Of a DNA stretch of 41,035 nucleotides, positions 31,273 through 38,782 are shown piece by piece. The notes beneath the pieces are model-generated. The model worked only from the letters and a program-made list of their open reading frames with translations, made no database searches and had not been told where the DNA came from. The position numbers and the translations under genes are program-made. The stretch's first letter is position 1. Every line of letters starts with the position of its first letter. This DNA is from a bacterium (GTDB lineage: Bacteria; Patescibacteriota; Minisyncoccia; UBA6257; JACOXY01): the NCBI GenBank assembly GCA_030680955.1, contig JAUXUB010000016.1, forward strand, positions 1-41,035, in the 5' to 3' direction.

Positions 31273-33387
31273 TCATCTGGTAATACGCGCAGTAAAATTA
31301 GAGCTGGGTTTAGATTTTGTTCCTATAGATTTTCGCTCTTTGTTCAAATCTTTAGACAAAATCTTAATTTCATCTCGCAGAATCGCTGCGAGTTCGAAGT
31401 CTAACTCGCCAGAGGCCTCCTTCATAGATTTTTCTTTCTCTTTAATAATATCTTCAATTTTTTTGCCCTTAATCGCACTTAAATCTAACTTCAAAACTGC
31501 TGCAATATCTTTACGTTTGGACATCAATTCTTCGGTAATATCATGAATGGCACGTTCAATCGTTTTAGGAGTAATTCCATGTTTTTTATTGTAGGCAAGC
31601 TGAATTGTGCGACGTCTTTCGGTTTCTCCGATTGCACGGGTAAGTGATCCAGTCATATGATCCGCATATAATAGCACCAGACCATTCACATTTCTGGCAG
31701 CGCGACCAATAGTCTGGATTAGAGCTGTATCAGAACGCAAAAATCCTTCTTTATCAGCGTCCATAATAGCAACGAGTGATACTTCTGGCAAGTCTAATCC
31801 TTCTCGCAATAAGTTAACACCAACCAATACGTCAAATTTACCACGCCTTAAATTAGAAAGTATTTGAATTCTATCCATTGTCTTTACATCACTATGAAGA
31901 TATTCGGATTTGATTTTCTCTTGCTGTAAGTATGCGCTTAAATCTTCTGCCATTTTCTTAGTAAGAGTTGTTACTAATACTCTCTCTTTTTTTTCTACAC
32001 GTTCTGCAATCCATTTCATTAAATCTTTTACTTGATTCTTGGCAGGCAATATTTTTATTTGAGGATCAACAAGCCCAGTCGGCCTAATGATTTGCTCAAC
32101 TATCCCCGACGCTTCGGTCGGGGCTCCGACCCCACTATTTTTAAAATCAGATTTGGGGCGTCGGAGCTGATTAGCTGCTTCACGACTTATTTGTTTTTCA
32201 TATTCAGCCGGTGTTGCTGAAGTATATATAATTTGATGAACGCGCTCATTAAATTCATTAAATTTTAGAGGACGATTATCTGCCGCGCTTGGCAGTCTAA
32301 ATCCATACTCTATAAGAGTTTTCTTGCGAGATGCATCTCCCGCATACATTCCTGTTATTTGTGGAACGGTAACATGAGATTCGTCTATGATAGTAAGGAA
32401 ATCTCCTCGAAAATAATCTAATAGTGTTTCTGGTGGCTCTCCTGCGGCACGCCCAGATAGTTGCCTTGAGTAATTTTCAATCCCATGACAATAACCAACT
32501 TCTTGAATCATCGCTAAATCAAATTTTGTTCTTTGATCTAGACGCTCGGCTTCTAGAAATTTTTTGTCATTTTCAAAAACTTTTAATTGCTCTTCGAGTT
32601 CCTTCCTGATTGCTTTTACAGCGCGCTGCTTTTGCGGACCTAATGTAATGAAGTGTCTAGCTGGAGAAATAATAATATCAGGAATAATTTTTGACTCACG
32701 TGACACTGGATCTACTAAATATATTTCTTTTATTAAATCGCCTTCTGTTACAAAGTTATAAATGATTTCCTTGTCTGGTGGCATTACCTCCCAGTTATCC
32801 CCCCTCAACCTAAATGACCCCCTGGTTAAATCTGCATTAGTTCTTTTAAACTGCAGCTGAACTAATTTTCTTGCAAATTCTTTTCGAGTTACTCTGTCTA
32901 ACGGTTTTAGTCTTATAATATTTTCTGCGTATGCTTCTGGTGCTCCCAAGCCGTAGATACAAGAAACGGAGGCAACAACAATTACGTCTTTCCTTGTTAG
33001 CAGGTCAGTAGTTGCCGCATGACGTAATTTATCTATCTCGTCATTTATCATTGCTTCTTTTTCGATATAGGTATCAGAACTTGGCATATAAGCTTCCGGC
33101 TGATAATAATCATAATAAGAAACAAAATAATTTACAGAATTATTTGGAAATATTTCTCTAAATTCATTGCAAAGTTGAGCAGCTAAAGTTTTGTTATGAG
33201 CTATTACAAGAGTTGGCTTTTGAATTTTTTCTATGACGTTTGCAACTGTGAATGTTTTACCAGAACCTGTAACACCCAAGAGTGTTTGGTGTTTCATGCC
33301 CGCTTCTAATCCAGCGACTAGTTGTTTAATCGCCTTTGGTTGATCTCCCGCTGGACGATGTTTAGATACAATTTTAAAATTATTCAT
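31273..33387 (-). CDS. uvrB: Excinuclease ABC subunit B
   Basis: GVTGSGKT, DESH, helicase motifs and a C-terminal UVR motif (FELAAILRDEI). The start is moved to ATG 33387 (MNNFKIVSKHRPAGDQPKAI). Confidence 0.95.
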   Translation of the reverse strand: MNNFKIVSKHRPAGDQPKAIKQLVAGLEAGMKHQTLLGVTGSGKTFTVANVIEKIQKPTLVIAHNKTLAAQLCNEFREIFPNNSVNYFVSYYDYYQPEAYMPSSDTYIEKEAMINDEIDKLRHAATTDLLTRKDVIVVASVSCIYGLGAPEAYAENIIRLKPLDRVTRKEFARKLVQLQFKRTNADLTRGSFRLRGDNWEVMPPDKEIIYNFVTEGDLIKEIYLVDPVSRESKIIPDIIISPARHFITLGPQKQRAVKAIRKELEEQLKVFENDKKFLEAERLDQRTKFDLAMIQEVGYCHGIENYSRQLSGRAAGEPPETLLDYFRGDFLTIIDESHVTVPQITGMYAGDASRKKTLIEYGFRLPSAADNRPLKFNEFNERVHQIIYTSATPAEYEKQISREAANQLRRPKSDFKNSGVGAPTEASGIVEQIIRPTGLVDPQIKILPAKNQVKDLMKWIAERVEKKERVLVTTLTKKMAEDLSAYLQQEKIKSEYLHSDVKTMDRIQILSNLRRGKFDVLVGVNLLREGLDLPEVSLVAIMDADKEGFLRSDTALIQTIGRAARNVNGLVLLYADHMTGSLTRAIGETERRRTIQLAYNKKHGITPKTIERAIHDITEELMSKRKDIAAVLKLDLSAIKGKKIEDIIKEKEKSMKEASGELDFELAAILRDEIKILSKDLNKERKSIGTKSKPSSNFTARITR
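32104..32167 (-). repeat. G+C-rich double-hairpin module inserted in frame in uvrB
   Basis: Plus strand: CCCCGAC-GCTTCG-GTCGGGG, then GCTCCGACCCC...GGGGCGTCGGAGC. It encodes ...NQLRRPKSDFKNSGVGAPTEASG..., an extra segment of about 22 aa relative to E. coli UvrB just before RPTGL. Confidence 0.65.
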
Positions 33388-33542
33388 AGGGTTTACTTGC
33401 CCCGTTAAATTGCGCAGCAATTTTTTACGGGGTGTTTTGAAACTATTTTGAACATAAATATCAAAAGTGCCCAAGAGATAAAATCACTAGGGGGTATGTC
33501 TTAAGTTGTGATTACAGTATAACACATAAATCAGAATAAATC

Positions 33543-33566
33543 AAAAAAAGGCACCCACTGGGTGCC
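33543..33566 (-). terminator. Rho-independent terminator of ORF 33626-34009
   Basis: The minus strand reads GGCACCC-AGT-GGGTGCC followed by TTTTTTT. Confidence 0.7.
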
Positions 33567-33625
33567 AATCTCAAACTACTTAACCGAAGTCTTAATTATT
33601 GCCAAAACATGCCGGCCATAGAAAT

Positions 33626-34009
33626 TCATTTCTTGTTTAAGATATAGAAGTTTTTTCTGATTTCATGAACCACACACCTGATATAGTTAGCCAGAATTTC
33701 AATTCTATCAGCCATATTTTCGACTTCTTCCTTATTGTGAGACAAAAATAACTGGCTGAAATCATGATCTAAATCGATCATTTCTCTTGTCAGTACACCC
33801 ATCCTAGTTTTAATTATGGCATGCTGGTTTTCTTTAGAGGAGCAAAGCTTAATTGCCCGTCTTTCGGAAACTCCTTGTTCTAGTATTTCGCAACCATTAC
33901 CAATATATGTCCGCCAGGCCTCAAAAGAATCTTTATTTTCAAAAGAATGCCACATAATAATACCAAAATCTTGACAGGATTCTACAACTTTAAAAACCAC
34001 ATTATACAT
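33626..34009 (-). CDS. Hypothetical protein (127 aa)
   Basis: The ORF has a terminator. No family recognised. Confidence 0.45.
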   Translation of the reverse strand: MYNVVFKVVESCQDFGIIMWHSFENKDSFEAWRTYIGNGCEILEQGVSERRAIKLCSSKENQHAIIKTRMGVLTREMIDLDHDFSQLFLSHNKEEVENMADRIEILANYIRCVVHEIRKNFYILNKK

Positions 34010-34100
34010 CTTTTTCCCCTCCTAATTTGACTTTGAACTTCAAGTGCTAGTCCAAAAATAGCACGTGATATGCATTTTGTCAAAAGCACCCATAAAAAAA

Positions 34101-34511
34101 TTATACTTTGGGAGTTTTATTATCCAGGTTTTGAACTGTAATAACAATTTCTCTTTCTCTTGGCCCTGCCATTTCAACCAAAACAACTCTTTGCCATGCT
34201 CCCAAATAAAGCTTGCTATCTTTTATTGGAACAACAAGTGAAGACCCAATTAGCGCAGTAATAATATGGTCTGGAGTGTGTTCTGGATTATGAGGATGAC
34301 GATATGCAAGCTTTGGAACTATTTCCTTAAAAGCATCCATCATATCCTGGTCTGTGCCTGGGTCAAGATCTGCGGTGGTAATTGCCGCGGTAGTGTGAAG
34401 CGAAAATACGGAAACTAATCCTTCATCTATTCCCTTTACCTCTAAATCTACAATATTTGTAATATCAATTACTTCTTTATCTTTTTTTGTTGAAATTTTA
34501 ATTGTCTTCAT
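34101..34511 (-). CDS. yjbQ: YjbQ/UPF0047 family protein (secondary thiamine-phosphate synthase-like)
   Basis: GLVSVFSLHTTAAITTADLDPGTDQDM...HPHNPEHTPDHI...LGAWQRVVLVE is typical of YjbQ. The start is moved to ATG 34511, because the 9 extra codons in the track lie in the repeat. Confidence 0.8.
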   Translation of the reverse strand: MKTIKISTKKDKEVIDITNIVDLEVKGIDEGLVSVFSLHTTAAITTADLDPGTDQDMMDAFKEIVPKLAYRHPHNPEHTPDHIITALIGSSLVVPIKDSKLYLGAWQRVVLVEMAGPREREIVITVQNLDNKTPKV

Positions 34512-34628
34512 CCCGTTAGAAATAGGACGCGGACGCAAAAAGCGTTATGCATACTATTTAGTTAATTATAAATATTAATTATTCTATGCTTTACATACTC
34601 TATAACTCGTCCGCTATTTCTAACGGGA
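34511..34628. mobile_element. MITE-like element, CCCGTTAGA-TIR family, simple copy
   Basis: TCCCGTTAGAAATAGGACGCGGACGC ... GTCCGCTATTTCTAACGGGA. TTCA lies at 34507-34510 and 34629-34632. Confidence 0.8.
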
Positions 34629-34680
34629 TTCATCCCATCATCAAAAAAACATAACTCACTACTTCTTTCACTACTATTAA

Positions 34681-35274
34681 CTATAATTTAAGTCTAACAC
34701 AACCTTCCCGTAACACAACAACCTTTCCATTTAATACGGAAATGAGGGTTGAGGGCTTGCCCATAATCCTTCCTTTGTCTACATAGAAGTCAACCCTTCG
34801 ATCTAACTCTGGGTAAATCTTGTTACCAAAATACACCTTTGCTTCTTTTATTGTTTTTGCTGGTAATTTGCCCTCAACATTGGCACTTGGCGCAACAAGG
34901 GGGCCAACTTCTTTTAGTAAATTAATTAGTGATTTACTTACAGGCAATCTAAATGCAAGTGTCTTTGTTCCACGATGTAAATAATAATACTTTTTGTTTA
35001 AAGAAGATAATATTATACTAATTTGTCCTGGCCACAATTTTTTTAAAATTCTTTTAGTAACTTTATCAATCTTAATATCAAAAAGTTCCAAATCCTTCAT
35101 AGAACTAATCAAAACAATAAACGGCTTACTTGGATTTCTTTTTTTAGCCTTATAGATTCGCCTTACAGTTTTTTTGTTTAAAGCCGCACCAACAAGTCCA
35201 TATATCGTGTCTGTGGGCAGTACACCAATACCACCACGCTTCAGAATAGAAATAATTTCTTTTGGCGCATTCAA
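34681..35274 (-). CDS. tsaC: L-threonylcarbamoyladenylate synthase (YrdC/TsaC family)
   Basis: VLPTDTIYGL, KKRNPSKPFIVL and SANVEGK motifs. TTG start. Confidence 0.8.
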   Translation of the reverse strand: MNAPKEIISILKRGGIGVLPTDTIYGLVGAALNKKTVRRIYKAKKRNPSKPFIVLISSMKDLELFDIKIDKVTKRILKKLWPGQISIILSSLNKKYYYLHRGTKTLAFRLPVSKSLINLLKEVGPLVAPSANVEGKLPAKTIKEAKVYFGNKIYPELDRRVDFYVDKGRIMGKPSTLISVLNGKVVVLREGCVRLKL

Positions 35275-35340
35275 GAATAAATCGGAAACAATATTTTCTA
35301 GGCCTTTTGCAAAATTAGGATTTAGTCAAAGTTTTATTCC

Positions 35341-35401
35341 CTGAGCTTGTCGAAGGGTAAAATTTTGGCTTAAAATCAAGGTATGCCTTCGACAAGCTCA
35401 G
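35341..35401. repeat. 16-bp-stem hairpin downstream of pdaD
   Basis: CTGAGCTTGTCGAAGG, a 29-nt loop, then CCTTCGACAAGCTCAG. The right arm CTTCGACAAGCTCAG recurs alone at 11817-11831. Confidence 0.7.
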
Positions 35402-35439
35402 ACAATAATCAGTTTCTATTTTATTTTGCGAAGGATCTT

Positions 35440-36021
35440 CTACTCGAATATCAAAACGGCGGCAGAAATAGTGGTTGTCCACAAGCCGTTTTTGTCACCT
35501 TGAGCGGACTGAGTATTATTCATTGTTTTAAAAATCTTTCCAGAAGATTTATAAACCTGTTCGCGCTCATCCCATGCGGCATTAGAATCAAATTCCAAAC
35601 CTAATGTCGTCGCCAGCATTGTTGCCGCTAAATCTTCGGCATACTCTCCTGCTTTCTCGTCAGTCTCGCCAAATGGATGATGTTCAGAAAGATAACCATA
35701 TTGGGCAGGATCTGACGGCAAGGCCAAACCAATTGAGGCAGCAATTAAACGATTTGGTTCATTAGTAGCGTTCCTCGCCATTACACAAAAAACAACTTGA
35801 CCAGGAACCATGAACTTCTTTCCTTCTTCCCTCGTTATACGTTTACAATTCGGTGGGAAAATTGAACTTACATAAACTAAATTAAATTCTGCAATTCCAG
35901 CGTCTCAAAGCGCCAACTCAAATGAAGCTAAATAATCTTTGTGACGACCTACGCCCTTTGTAAGAAACATTCTTTTTGGAACAAAGGTTTCCGTGTGAGA
36001 AGAACTATTTGTGTTTTCCAT
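35440..36021 (-). pseudogene. pdaD: Pyruvoyl-dependent arginine decarboxylase interrupted by one in-frame TGA (codon 39)
   Basis: From ATG 36021: [56 protein letters not shown]..., continuing in frame into track ORF 35440-35811. The TGA at 35905-35907 sits where PdaD proteins have Arg (ELALRDA). Confidence 0.7.
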
Positions 36022-36031
36022 TTTCTATATT

Positions 36032-36067
36032 TACCCGCCTAAGTTTCTTAATAAGAAATTTTGGAGG
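36032..36067. repeat. Imperfect palindrome just upstream of the pdaD ATG, sharing a motif with 9314-9330
   Basis: TACCCGCCTAAGTTTCTTA / TAAGAAATTTTGGAGG. Confidence 0.4.
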
Positions 36068-36124
36068 ATTTATTTTAATATTAATTGAAATTATTATACG
36101 AGTATTTATTTTCTAATACAAGGT

Positions 36125-36256
36125 GTGGATAACCAGGTAGTGAAAATGCGAGCGTATTTATAATTACAGCAATAGAACATTTACGATATTAACGCTTTTG
36201 TCTATCATTTTAAATCAAATGTATTTCAAAACTCGCATTTCTACTACCTGGATAAG
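36125..36256. mobile_element. MITE-like element, GGATAACCGGGTAGT family, copy 2
   Basis: GTGGATAACCAGGTAGTGAAAATGCGAGCG ... CAAAACTCGCATTTCTACTACCTGGATAAG. The ends match copy 1 but the core is unrelated. Confidence 0.65.
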
Positions 36257-36287
36257 TTGTTCGGGTAATAAGAAGATAAAAAAATGG

Positions 36288-36338
36288 CTTATCCGGTAAC
36301 CGAAACACAGGAAAATAATATTTGGGTTACCAGATAAG
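36288..36338. repeat. Hairpin module with 14-bp stem, related to 38700-38749
   Basis: CTTATCCGGTAACC [GAAACACAGGAAAATAATATTTG] GGTTACCAGATAAG. Confidence 0.6.
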
Positions 36339-36422
36339 AAGAAAGACCGATATTTACAGAAAATCAATATTTGGGTAGTCGGATGTCGGGGTTATCCGAC
36401 TTCAGGGGACATCGGACTTCAT

Positions 36423-36467
36423 GGGGTCATCGGGTCAGGGAGATTACACGTCCGCCATCTCTAATGA
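36423..36467. repeat. Decayed right end of a CCCGTTAGA-family element
   Basis: GGGGTCATCGGGTCAGGGAGATTACACGTCCGCCATCTCTAATGA aligns with 38735-38780. Confidence 0.55.
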
Positions 36468-36527
36468 TATAAGTCCTAAAAGCTATGCCAGAGAGCAAAC
36501 CGTAACGAAAAGTATTATGCAAAAGGT

Positions 36528-37370
36528 CTACTGATAAAAAACTTTATTTTCTGACCTAAAGTCCACGTATTTAATTTCATTAAGCTTTGGCTTTAAAGAT
36601 AGAAGTGGATCCTTTATAAAATTTGGATCTAAACGCAAACTAAAATAAAGAATTGCGCCATTAGAAGTTACCGCATGGATCTCCTGATATTTAAGATCTG
36701 GCAAAATATATTTAACTATTCTAACTTCTGATTTATCTAAAACATCGAAAATTGAAAATATGCGGTTTAAAAGTGTCTTAGGCAACAAATAAGATCCTGC
36801 CTCAAGAGCCCGTCCATTTGTTTCGTAAATACTTTTTACTAAAATTCCGGATGATGCTGGCGCTTTGGCAAATAGCAAACCATCTACGTCAAACCAAAAA
36901 CAATTTGCTGTTTGATCTTTTGTATCTAAATCGGTAGATATTTTTGTAAAAGTTCCGGTTGATAAAGTTGATGAAGAACTTTCTTGCGAAGAAGCAGACG
37001 TGCTGACTATAACTGGAGTGGCAGAATCATAAACGCCACACCAAATGCCGAATGGTTTTCTCTCTTCTACATCTAATACAAGAGTTTTCTGTAATATATT
37101 TTTGTGCACTACTATTTTTGCAACAAGGAGATTCGTGACTTCAACCTTTCCAAAAAGATATGGCATTATAGATCCCGGAAACAAATCCTCTTTGGTAATA
37201 ACAGACGCACCGTTTAGAACTATGCTACTAAATCTAAAAACGTTCGTAAAATATATTGTATACAGTAATCCCCCGCCACCACCAACTAAAAGAACAGTAA
37301 AAATTGTAAGAATAATTTTTGCTTTACGTCGTCGCTTCTTCTTTTGAAGTGATTGGTTGTAATCTTGCAA
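36528..37370 (-). CDS. FtsQ/DivIB-like cell division protein (POTRA domain)
   Basis: Basic N-terminus, one TM segment, then ...FRFSSIVLNGASVITKEDL..., which is POTRA-like. The TTG start is uncertain. Confidence 0.5.
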   Translation of the reverse strand: MQDYNQSLQKKKRRRKAKIILTIFTVLLVGGGGGLLYTIYFTNVFRFSSIVLNGASVITKEDLFPGSIMPYLFGKVEVTNLLVAKIVVHKNILQKTLVLDVEERKPFGIWCGVYDSATPVIVSTSASSQESSSSTLSTGTFTKISTDLDTKDQTANCFWFDVDGLLFAKAPASSGILVKSIYETNGRALEAGSYLLPKTLLNRIFSIFDVLDKSEVRIVKYILPDLKYQEIHAVTSNGAILYFSLRLDPNFIKDPLLSLKPKLNEIKYVDFRSENKVFYQ

Positions 37371-37374
37371 ATTA

Positions 37375-37402
37375 GAATCAGGAATCAGGAATCAGGAATC
37401 AG
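37375..37402 (+). repeat. Heptanucleotide tandem repeat (GAATCAG) x4
   Basis: Four perfect units starting 5 bp upstream of the annotated ftsQ-like start. Confidence 0.85.
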
Positions 37403-37441
37403 GTTTTCAGGAATTATCTCTCAAGATATTCCAATCACATA

Positions 37442-37460
37442 ATACTTGATACTTGATACA
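37442..37460 (+). repeat. Heptanucleotide tandem repeat (ATACTTG) x2.7
   Basis: ATACTTGATACTTGATACA, just downstream of the alr stop. Confidence 0.7.
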
Positions 37461-37467
37461 TGTCACA

Positions 37468-38553
37468 TTATACAATTATCCTCTCAATAAGTGGATTTAT
37501 TCTTGTCAAAAACTCATAGTAAGATGTTCTTGCTTTAAAGCTTGCGTCTATTATATCAATTTCAACTTTATCCATTATTTTGCAGGCAATATCGGTTACG
37601 TCCACCATAACTACATCCATAGTTACTCTCCCTAATATCTTTGCTCTCTCATTATTAATTATAACATCGCCAACGCCAGAGAGGGCCCAAGGAAGACCAT
37701 GCCAATAACCAATTGGTAAAATTCCAATTTTGGTTTTTCGATTTAATCTTTCGGTTAAATCATAACTCACATAACTTCCCTTAGGCGCTTCTTTAATTTC
37801 ACTTATGATAGTTTTCCAGCGTAAAACTGGTTTAAGTTTTATTTGTGGAAATTGTATTTTTATTTCTTTTGAAGGAGCGTGCCCATAAAGCCCCATTCCA
37901 ATACGAACCATATCAAAATGATATTTCGGATTAAGTATAGTAGCGGACGATGCCGCGGCATGCTTAATAAGTTTTGTAAAACCTTTTTTTGCAAAAAGTG
38001 CTATAGCTTTCTGAAATTTTTGGAACTGCATTTCGGTATAAGTTGGATAATTAATATCTTTTGCGGAAGAGAAATGCGTATAAATACCTTCCACGCATGT
38101 GACATGTAACATGTTACGTGTTACTAGTTTTATCACTTGTGGTATTTCATTAATAAAGAAGCCCTGTCGATTCATCCCTGTATCTATTTTAATATGAATT
38201 TTTGGTTTATTTTTTGACTTTATCCAATCTTTTAATGCATTAATGTTTGATATTGTAATGGCACAATTATTTTTGATGACGACATCATAATTTGAAGACA
38301 GAGTCATTCCCAAAACTAAAATTGGTTTTTTTATATTATGCTTACGCAACGTTTCTGCTTCAAAGACAGAGTCTACACAAAAATAATCCACACCACTACT
38401 TACTATTACAGCATAATCATATAAACCATGACCATAGGCGTTACTTTTAACAACCGAGGCAAGTTTAACCTTAGGCCCAATGAGACCTCTAAAAACGCCA
38501 ATATTATGGATTGCAGCTTTTTGATTTATTTCAATCCATGTCTTTAATTTCAT
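37468..38553 (-). CDS. alr: Alanine racemase
   Basis: MKLKTWIEINQKAAIHNI...VVKSNAYGHG (PLP lysine motif)...YGHAPS. The start is moved to ATG 38553, because the 54 extra codons in the track are read-through of the repeat. Confidence 0.85.
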   Translation of the reverse strand: MKLKTWIEINQKAAIHNIGVFRGLIGPKVKLASVVKSNAYGHGLYDYAVIVSSGVDYFCVDSVFEAETLRKHNIKKPILVLGMTLSSNYDVVIKNNCAITISNINALKDWIKSKNKPKIHIKIDTGMNRQGFFINEIPQVIKLVTRNMLHVTCVEGIYTHFSSAKDINYPTYTEMQFQKFQKAIALFAKKGFTKLIKHAAASSATILNPKYHFDMVRIGMGLYGHAPSKEIKIQFPQIKLKPVLRWKTIISEIKEAPKGSYVSYDLTERLNRKTKIGILPIGYWHGLPWALSGVGDVIINNERAKILGRVTMDVVMVDVTDIACKIMDKVEIDIIDASFKARTSYYEFLTRINPLIERIIV

Positions 38554-38780
38554 CCCGTTAGAAATAGGACGCGTTAGAAATTTTACCAACCGACAGATTT
38601 GGTAAATATAATGTTTTATTGATTTGAAATATAATTTCCATAAAATATTAGTTTTTAAATTTCTAAACGGGATAGGACGCGGACATAAAACCATATTCGC
38701 TGACCCGATGACCAAGACAGGGGCAATAATATTTGGGTCATCAGGTCAGGTGGATTACGCGTCCGCTATTTCTAACGGGA
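38553..38780. mobile_element. MITE-like element, CCCGTTAGA-TIR family, composite copy
   Basis: TCCCGTTAGAAATAGGACGC ... GCGTCCGCTATTTCTAACGGGA. TTCA lies at 38549-38552 and 38781-38784. Confidence 0.8.
38572..38671. mobile_element. 100-bp inner element nested in the composite copy
   Basis: CGTTAGAAATTTTACCAACCGACA ... AAATTTCTAAACGGG, with ATAGGACGC on both sides. Homolog of 895-994. Confidence 0.6.
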
Positions 38781-38782
38781 TT

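Noticed and set aside
35905-35907. Selenocysteine at the pdaD TGA
   Set aside because: The aligned residue in the family is Arg, not Cys or Sec. I see no SECIS-like hairpin immediately downstream.
38554-38715. 54-codon N-terminal extension of alr (and the 9-codon extension of yjbQ at 34512-34538) given by the ORF track
   Set aside because: The extensions are translations of the repeat element (both contain ...RPISNG before the Met). The conserved protein N-termini begin at the Met located at the element boundary.
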